This document shows, piece after piece, positions 57,548 to 64,000 of a DNA stretch of 64,000 bases (position 1 is the first letter of the stretch; each line of letters begins with the position of its first letter). The notes under the pieces are model-generated. The model saw nothing but the letters and a program-made list of their open reading frames with translations, had not been told where the DNA came from and made no database searches. Source of the stretch: Candidatus Enterousia sp. (GTDB taxonomy: Bacteria; Pseudomonadota; Alphaproteobacteria; Rs-D84). The stretch is taken from assembly GCA_045613925.1 (NCBI GenBank), contig JAZLBV010000011.1, positions 73,632 through 137,631 of the forward strand, written 5' to 3'. The position numbers were made by a program, and so were the translations under genes.

Positions 57548-58615
57548 ATGGCAAAAAAGGAAGCAGTAAAAGAAACAAGTGTAGCAAAGAATCCTGCATT
57601 GGAATCTGCATTGGCACAAATTCAAAAACAGTTTGGTAAAGAAGCTATTATGAAAATGGGCGATGGGTCGCAACAAAATATAGAGGCGATTTCGTCTGGG
57701 TCTTTGGGATTGGATATTGCGTTGGGCATTGGTGGTTATCCGCGTGGCAGAATTGTCGAAATTTATGGGCCTGAATCTTCTGGTAAAACAACGTTGGCTT
57801 TGCATGCGGTGGCAGAAGCGCAAAAGAAGGGTGGTACCTGTGCGTACATTGATGCAGAAAATGCATTGGATCCAAGTTATGCAAAAAAATTGGGGGTTGA
57901 TGTTGCTAATTTAATTATTTCACAACCGGATTCTGGTGAACAGGCATTAGAGATTGCAGATACGCTTATTAAATCTGGGGCTGTGGATGTTGTTGTTATC
58001 GATTCTGTGGCAGCATTAGTGCCAAAGGCAGAATTAGAAGGTAATATCGGTGATAGTTTTGTTGGAACAACTGCGCGTTTGATGTCGCAAAGTTTGAAAA
58101 AATTAGCAGGGTCTGTTTCTCGCAGCAATACATTGTTAATCTTTATTAATCAAATTCGTATGAAAATTGGTGTCATGTTTGGTAATCCTGAAACAACATC
58201 TGGTGGTAATGCGTTAAAGTTTTATGCTTCGGTTCGTCTTGATATTCGTAGAACAGGGCAAATCAAAGACAAAGAAAATATTATCGGTAATGAGACACGG
58301 GTAAAGGTTGTTAAAAATAAGGTTGCTCCGCCGTTTAGGACTGTTGATTTCAAGATTATGTATGGTGAAGGTATTTCCAGAATCAGTGAAATTTTAGATA
58401 TGGGTGTGAAATATAACTTTATTGAAAAGGCGGGGTCGTTTTATTCGTATAACGATGAACGCATAGGTCAAGGTGAAGCCAACGCGCGTCAATGGTTGAA
58501 AGATCATCCGGATGTGCAACAAGAATTGCTTGATAAAATCATGGCAAAGTCAAGTGGTATAGCCGAAGAAATGACAACTGGACCAATTGATGATGAAAGT
58601 GTTGTTGAAGAATAA
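57548..58615 (+). CDS. recA: recombinase RecA
   Basis: GPESSGKTT Walker A, L1/L2 loops, IDSVAALVP, ~355 aa. Confidence 0.95.
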   Translation: MAKKEAVKETSVAKNPALESALAQIQKQFGKEAIMKMGDGSQQNIEAISSGSLGLDIALGIGGYPRGRIVEIYGPESSGKTTLALHAVAEAQKKGGTCAYIDAENALDPSYAKKLGVDVANLIISQPDSGEQALEIADTLIKSGAVDVVVIDSVAALVPKAELEGNIGDSFVGTTARLMSQSLKKLAGSVSRSNTLLIFINQIRMKIGVMFGNPETTSGGNALKFYASVRLDIRRTGQIKDKENIIGNETRVKVVKNKVAPPFRTVDFKIMYGEGISRISEILDMGVKYNFIEKAGSFYSYNDERIGQGEANARQWLKDHPDVQQELLDKIMAKSSGIAEEMTTGPIDDESVVEE

Positions 58616-58682
58616 CTTTTTTTTGGGCGACGCGAAAGTGTCGCCTGAATTTACTTAAATGTAAAAATAAAGGGGAAACAAG

Positions 58683-59588
58683 ATGGGGTTTCGACGTTTT
58701 TTAGCATTGACTGACATTATTGTTCGGGGACATATTTTAGTGCCGTTGTGGTGGTCTCGTAAACGCAGACGTGAAAGAAGGTGTCAGGTTTTGACATCTG
58801 CGATACCAAGCTATTTTAAAAGATATTTACCTGCGGCTGCGGCGGTTCCAGAACGCAAAGTTGTTAAAGATGACAAAAACGAAAAAATTTGGACGATTTG
58901 GCAGCAAGGCGAAGATAATGCGCCACCACTTGTTAAGGCATGTTTTAGAAATATTCGTAAAAACTGTAAACAAGAATTGGTTGTTTTAGATGATACAAAT
59001 ATTTTTGATTATATAACTTTGCCAAAAGAGATTGTAGAAAAATATAAGGCTGGCAAAATAAAGCGTGCACATTTTGCGGATATTTGCCGTGTCGAATTGC
59101 TTTATGAATACGGTGGCTTTTGGTTGGATTCTACTGGGTTTGCAACATCTGAAATCCCAGACTGGATTGTTAAAGAAGATTTCTTTGTTTATTTGGCTGG
59201 GCAAAATGTTGGTTCACCGTATTCATTCATGCAAAATTGTTTTATTCGTGCACGCAAGGGGGCTTATTTATTAGATGCGTGGCGTGCGATGATATTAGAT
59301 TACTGGATGCATGAAAATCATAATTTTGATTATTTTATGCATCAATTATTGTTCAAGACGTTGGTTGAAAACGATGAACGTGCAAAAAAATATTTTGCAA
59401 AAATGCCGCACATTGACCAAGATCCGACACATGCGATTTGGTGGGTGTACGGTGACAAGCCGTTTGATAAAAAAGTTTTTGATAAAATTACGGCTGATTC
59501 GTTTTTTCAGAAAACTACTTATAATAGTCCATGGGCAAAAAATGTTGTTCCTGGGACTTTTGCTGATTTTATGATAAATAAAATGTAA
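58683..59588 (+). CDS. GT32-like (capsular-polysaccharide-synthesis / OCH1-type) glycosyltransferase
   Basis: KIWTIWQQG...P..., DXD-containing region, ADICRVELLYEYGG. Confidence 0.55.
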   Translation: MGFRRFLALTDIIVRGHILVPLWWSRKRRRERRCQVLTSAIPSYFKRYLPAAAAVPERKVVKDDKNEKIWTIWQQGEDNAPPLVKACFRNIRKNCKQELVVLDDTNIFDYITLPKEIVEKYKAGKIKRAHFADICRVELLYEYGGFWLDSTGFATSEIPDWIVKEDFFVYLAGQNVGSPYSFMQNCFIRARKGAYLLDAWRAMILDYWMHENHNFDYFMHQLLFKTLVENDERAKKYFAKMPHIDQDPTHAIWWVYGDKPFDKKVFDKITADSFFQKTTYNSPWAKNVVPGTFADFMINKM

Positions 59589-59600
59589 AAAGGGGAATAT

Positions 59601-60617
59601 ATGCGTCCAAAAATTTCTATTATTATTCCAATGTATAATGTGGAAAAATATTTACGCAGATGTTTAGATAGTGTATTAAATCAGACGTTTTCTGATTGGC
59701 AGGCAATTTGCGTTGATGATGGATCGCCTGATAATTCGGGCGCCATAGCTGAAGAATATGCTGCCAAGGACAAACGTTTTGTTGTTGTGCATAAAGAAAA
59801 TGGCGGACTTTCTGATGCGCGTAATGCTGGGATGCCATATGCAGATGGTAAATATATTATGTATCTTGATAGTGATGATTTTATCCATCCACAGACTATG
59901 GAAATAGCGTATGATGTTATTGAAAAAAATAAATCTGATATTGCGTCTTTTTCGTATGATAGATTTTATCGTCCGCAATTAATGGTCAGACATTTTTTAC
60001 ATTTGGATACAGATAACGTCGTTCCGCGCGGTATTAAAAAAAGATATAATCTGAATAAAATTAAAACACGTACGGTGGATGATGTTTTTGAATTGGCTAC
60101 TGAACGTACACATAATAAAACAAATCCAAATCGCAAATGGTTAATTAAACACTGTCAGGTGTGGAAAAATATTTACAAAAAATCTTTGATAGAAGATACA
60201 CCTTTTATCAAGGGAATTTTGTTTGAAGATTTTCCTTGGTGGTCTGCAATTATGTTAAAACGTCCACGGGTGTCGGTCGTGTCTTTGCCTCTTTATTATT
60301 ATATACCTAATTTTGGCGGGATTGTGTTGTCGGCAAAGCAATTAAGAATTATGAAAAGTTTATGCACTGGGATTAAAAATGCATATCAATCATATGATAG
60401 ATATGCAGATGCAGAACAAATGAAAAAATGGCAAAGTCAATTTATGTGGTATTTTGTAAATTGGGCATTTCGTAAATTGAAATATTTAAAGACAGATGAA
60501 GAAATAAAGTTTGCACGTGATGAATTTATTGAAATGAATAAAATTGGTGTGTTTAATGATGTGCCAAATGAGTGGTATAATTTACGTGAAGAAATTTATA
60601 AATTTATCAAAGCGTAA
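59601..60617 (+). CDS. family 2 glycosyltransferase
   Basis: ISIIIPMYNVEKYLRRCLDSV...DDGSPD...DSDD. Confidence 0.8.
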   Translation: MRPKISIIIPMYNVEKYLRRCLDSVLNQTFSDWQAICVDDGSPDNSGAIAEEYAAKDKRFVVVHKENGGLSDARNAGMPYADGKYIMYLDSDDFIHPQTMEIAYDVIEKNKSDIASFSYDRFYRPQLMVRHFLHLDTDNVVPRGIKKRYNLNKIKTRTVDDVFELATERTHNKTNPNRKWLIKHCQVWKNIYKKSLIEDTPFIKGILFEDFPWWSAIMLKRPRVSVVSLPLYYYIPNFGGIVLSAKQLRIMKSLCTGIKNAYQSYDRYADAEQMKKWQSQFMWYFVNWAFRKLKYLKTDEEIKFARDEFIEMNKIGVFNDVPNEWYNLREEIYKFIKA

Positions 60618-60640
60618 TATATTGAAAAGACAAAGGTAAT

Positions 60641-61756
60641 ATGGAGAAAATTATGCAAAATAAAATTAAAAATCTTATAGTTGGATGCGGAATATCTGGT
60701 GCGACAATAGCGCGCATTTTGGCAGATAAAGGGGAACAGGTTGTAATTATAGATTCTAAAAATCATATAGGTGGAAATATTTATGATTATTATGAAGATG
60801 GCATATGTGTTCATAAATATGGTACTCATATTTTTCATACTTCTAATAAAGAAGTTTATGATTTTATGTCTCGTTTCTGTCAATGGTATCCATATCAACA
60901 CAAAGTTCTGGGGTTAATTGATGGACAATTTGTTCCTATTCCGTTTAATTTGAATAGTTTGCATACTGTGTTTCCAAAATCCGTGGCAGATGTTATTGAA
61001 CAAAAATTGTTAGATAATTTCGGTTTAAATGTAAAAGTACCTATTTTGGAATTGCGTAAGAAAAATGATAAAGATTTACAATTTTTAGCCCAATATATTT
61101 ATGAAAAAATATTTTTAGAATATACTTTGAAACAATGGGGTAAAAAACCAGAAGAAATAGATCCATCTGTTTCAGGACGGGTACCGGTGTATATTTCACG
61201 TGATGATAGATATTTCCAAGATAAATATCAGGGTATTCCAATCGGTGGATATACCGCGATGGTGCAAAAAATGCTAGATCATCCAAATATTACTGTGAAG
61301 TTAAATACGCCTTTTGATAAATCTATGACGTATGATCGTTTGTTTTGGTCTGGCAGTATAGACGAATTTTTTGATTACAAATATGGTCAATTGCCATATC
61401 GCAGTGAACGTTTTGAATTTATAAAGTTTCCTTTTTCAAGATTTCAAGATGCTGCGGTTATAAATTATCCGTGTAATTATGATTGGACACGAATTGGTGA
61501 ATATAAGTGGTTTTTAAATGATCAATCTGATAAAACGATTGTTTCGTATGAATATCCAGAAAATTTCGAAATTGGTAAAAATGAACGCTATTACCCAATT
61601 GCAAATGATGAAACCACGGAACTTTATCAAAAGTATATGGATTTAGCAAAACTTGTTCCAAACGTGTATTTTTGTGGTCGCTTAGGAGATTACAAATACT
61701 ATGATATGGATAAAGCTGTTGCGCGGTCTATTGAATTAATCAAAGGATTAAAATGA
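60641..61756 (+). CDS. glf: UDP-galactopyranose mutase
   Basis: N-terminal FAD-binding GCGISGAT...IIDSKNHIGGN motif. Full-length Glf-like. Confidence 0.85.
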   Translation: MEKIMQNKIKNLIVGCGISGATIARILADKGEQVVIIDSKNHIGGNIYDYYEDGICVHKYGTHIFHTSNKEVYDFMSRFCQWYPYQHKVLGLIDGQFVPIPFNLNSLHTVFPKSVADVIEQKLLDNFGLNVKVPILELRKKNDKDLQFLAQYIYEKIFLEYTLKQWGKKPEEIDPSVSGRVPVYISRDDRYFQDKYQGIPIGGYTAMVQKMLDHPNITVKLNTPFDKSMTYDRLFWSGSIDEFFDYKYGQLPYRSERFEFIKFPFSRFQDAAVINYPCNYDWTRIGEYKWFLNDQSDKTIVSYEYPENFEIGKNERYYPIANDETTELYQKYMDLAKLVPNVYFCGRLGDYKYYDMDKAVARSIELIKGLK

Positions 61757-62862
61757 TGGTAGTAAAAAAACAACCGAAAGTATCTATACTTGTTCCTTGT
61801 TATAATGTTGAAAATTATTTGTCTGTATGTCTGGATAGTCTTTGTAAACAGACATTAAAAGATATTGAAATTATTTGTATCAATGATGGTTCAAAAGATT
61901 CAACTTTGGATATAATTAAACGTTATGCAAAACAAGATAAACGTTTTGTTGTTATAGATAAAGAAAACGAAGGTTATGGTAAATCTATGAATCGAGGGCT
62001 GGATGTCGCATCTGGCGAATATGTCGGCATTGTTGAATCTGACGATTGGGTTGAATTTGATGCTTTTGAAGTTTTATATAATGCCGCGAAGAAAAATCGT
62101 GCCGATATGGTCAAAGCTGATTTTGTTTTCTTTGATAACAATACCGGCAATGAGACCCCAGGTTGGTCTATTGGTATTCGAAATGATTTAAAAGAAAAAG
62201 TGTTTTGTCCGACTGAATTGAATCCGGATATTATTTGGACTGGGCATCCAAGTATATGGACGTGTTTGTATAGCAACAAGATGATTCAAGATAATAATAT
62301 AAGATTTGCAACAACGCCTGGGGCTTCGTTCCAAGATATGGGATTTAAGCCGAAAACTTTTGCTGTTTGTGAACGTTTCTTTTATATTCCAAAGGTTGTT
62401 TTACATTATCGTAAACACGAAAATAATTCTGATAAAAATAATGGTAAAATTTTTGCGGTATCTGAAGCACATGATGATACTGATAGATGGCTTAAAGAAA
62501 ATAGGCCAGATTTACTTAAATTAAATAAAATTATGAATCAATCCAGGTTTTCTAATTATAATTGGAATTTGCATAGATTATATGGACAGCCTAAGAAGGA
62601 TTTTCAAAAAAGATTTTCGTCTGAATATAAACGCTATTATTCAAATAAAGCTTTGGAAAGATGTTATTTTGATGATAAATCGTGGTTGAAATTATTATCC
62701 ATTGTTCATTCATATAATCCTTGGTGGATAATTTTGCGTACTTTTGTGGTTGTGTTAAGTCCTGTATACAGAACAAAGATTTGTTCGGGATATAAAATGT
62801 ATTATTTATTTAATAAAATAGTATTAAAGAAAGTGCCTTTGCCAGGGATTAAACGTTTATAA
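61753..62862 (+). CDS. family 2 glycosyltransferase (paralog of 15432..16517)
   Basis: VSILVPCYNVENYL...NDGSKDSTLDIIKRYAKQDKR...ESDD. Confidence 0.8.
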   Translation: MMVVKKQPKVSILVPCYNVENYLSVCLDSLCKQTLKDIEIICINDGSKDSTLDIIKRYAKQDKRFVVIDKENEGYGKSMNRGLDVASGEYVGIVESDDWVEFDAFEVLYNAAKKNRADMVKADFVFFDNNTGNETPGWSIGIRNDLKEKVFCPTELNPDIIWTGHPSIWTCLYSNKMIQDNNIRFATTPGASFQDMGFKPKTFAVCERFFYIPKVVLHYRKHENNSDKNNGKIFAVSEAHDDTDRWLKENRPDLLKLNKIMNQSRFSNYNWNLHRLYGQPKKDFQKRFSSEYKRYYSNKALERCYFDDKSWLKLLSIVHSYNPWWIILRTFVVVLSPVYRTKICSGYKMYYLFNKIVLKKVPLPGIKRL

Positions 62863-62878
62863 TATTTATTATATTTGT

Positions 62879-63715
62879 TTATATTCCAGATTTCTTGAAA
62901 CGCTGAGGAATCTTTATAACTGTTTTTAATCCGAACATAGCAGGTTTGCGTAGTGCGTAAACCGGGCGACAATACGTTTGTATAAAACGTGCAATTGAAA
63001 GCCATTTTTCGCTGAGTGCTTTTTTATTTGTAATTGCGTTAATTGTTCCGTTGCCACGACGTTTAAGATGGTTCAACCAATCGTTTCCACGTTTTTTTGC
63101 CTTAGATTCCAACATATCCATATCAATCGCCCCAAAATGAAGCAAATATAAATTTTTATCTATGTGAAAATTGTGGTGTTTGATACTATGAAATCCGCTG
63201 CCCCAGAATACAGGTTTGTTTATCACGACTGGTTTTGTATAACGTGTAGAAAGCAGGGCATATTCGCGTTGTTCTAAAAATGGTGCATCGCGGTCAAGGA
63301 TTGCTTCGTTATACAAATGTTGACCGATGTCCAGACCTAATCCAGATAGTGTTGTATGGATTTTTTTGTTTGATAAATATTCTGGTAAAGCTTTTTTAGT
63401 TCGTGGATCTACGATTAAAAATTCATCACTATCACAACCAATAACGATGTCGTAGGTTTTTAATAATTCATGTGCCAATTCGGAAAGTTTATTTATTCTG
63501 TATTTGTCGCCCGCAGCGCGCGACATATGGATATGTTCCAATTTTGTTATGTGTGCGTTACCAGCATTTTCAGGAACTATTTGGTCGGTACCATCCAATA
63601 AAATGTATAAATTTTCGGTTCCTAGGTTTTTCCCATAATATGCAATCCAACGGGAAAGAAAAAATTCATCGTCCCGTGCCATTGTTATTGCTGCTATACG
63701 TTTAATTTTTTTCAT
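62879..63715 (-). CDS. putative GT-A-fold glycosyltransferase (GT2/GT92-like)
   Basis: IAAITMARDDEFFLSRWIAYYG N-terminus and a DxD-like CDSDEF motif. Confidence 0.4.
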   Translation of the reverse strand: MKKIKRIAAITMARDDEFFLSRWIAYYGKNLGTENLYILLDGTDQIVPENAGNAHITKLEHIHMSRAAGDKYRINKLSELAHELLKTYDIVIGCDSDEFLIVDPRTKKALPEYLSNKKIHTTLSGLGLDIGQHLYNEAILDRDAPFLEQREYALLSTRYTKPVVINKPVFWGSGFHSIKHHNFHIDKNLYLLHFGAIDMDMLESKAKKRGNDWLNHLKRRGNGTINAITNKKALSEKWLSIARFIQTYCRPVYALRKPAMFGLKTVIKIPQRFKKSGI

Positions 63716-63716
63716 T

Positions 63717-64000
63717 TTTGACCGTTTATTATTTTTTGTATTAAATATTTTATTTTGCGTAAGAATATTTTTATGTGGTTATTGGTTAAAAAACAATTCA
63801 TATATTCTGTGCCATAAATGCGATTTGCAGTTGTTAAAACAGATTTTGTTGCACGCGGGTCTGCGTGATTTAGGATGTATTTTATTTCACTGCCACAATC
63901 GCCGTTGTGGCGGGTAAAGGATGATTTTTTTACAAATGGACATCCAAGCTTAAATAATTTTTTCGGTTCATTATATGTATATCGACCATAGAATTCATAT
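63717..64000 (-). CDS. hypothetical protein, 5-prime end possibly beyond the window edge
   Basis: Minus-strand ORF open to the window end. Its TGA overlaps the ATG of the downstream gene (ATGA). Confidence 0.3.

Noticed and set aside
58615-58660. Terminator after recA (GGCGACGCGAAAGTGTCGCC)
   Set aside because: A hairpin is present but is preceded, not followed, by the T-run on the plus strand. It may be a weak or protein-dependent terminator, so it is not annotated.

Overview
This is an AT-rich window from a diderm (Gram-negative) bacterium with a compact, probably reduced genome, possibly an alpha-proteobacterial-like intracellular organism. Markers for this are lpxC, Lol lipoprotein transport, an AsmA-family protein, a PagL-like protein, a DUF721/DciA-like protein and an AddB-like nuclease. 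Calls rest on recalled motif and architecture similarity. No searches or folding were run.

Housekeeping genes present: lpxC (5-prime partial), gyrB, ung, aspS, uvrB, tsaE, ftsQ, an FtsA-like gene, a LolC/E-family permease, lolD, nagZ, an LpoA-like lipoprotein, rsmI, engB, xth, mnmE, ruvA, yebC, secB, mltA, ruvC, recA, and an MFS transporter.

These are interleaved with accessory content:
- A four-gene type IVb-pilus / T2SS-like assembly core (bitopic L/O-like protein, PilP/GspC-like protein, GspE-family ATPase, GspF-family platform). A distal PilP-domain paralog and a candidate lipoprotein secretin lie elsewhere in the window. No pilin gene is visible.
- Two glycan loci: LicD + methyltransferase + 2 GT2; and Glf + 3 GT2 + GT32-like + GT-A-like.
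- Three tandem FadD-like AMP-ligase paralogs.
- A tRNA-Met (CAU) with a textbook promoter, followed by an orphan T7-like tail-fibre N-domain gene.
- A small accessory island between lolD and a GT2 gene: Cys-repeat proteins, two P-loop NTPases, a Zn-ribbon/PNPOx fusion, an N-terminally truncated pyrophosphatase-like ORF coupled to TfoX_N, and a radical SAM enzyme.
- An RNA-gene island holding tRNA-Tyr and tRNA-Gly, plus an unassigned element that ends in CCA directly before a terminator.
- Structured intergenic DNA after yebC: a tandem 108-bp repeat and a promoter-to-terminator sRNA candidate.

Two poly-A-tract anomalies stand out. FtsA is fused in frame to ribulose-phosphate 3-epimerase. A LicD-family gene is split by a frameshift at an A7 tract.

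No CRISPR array, rRNA or IS element was recognised.
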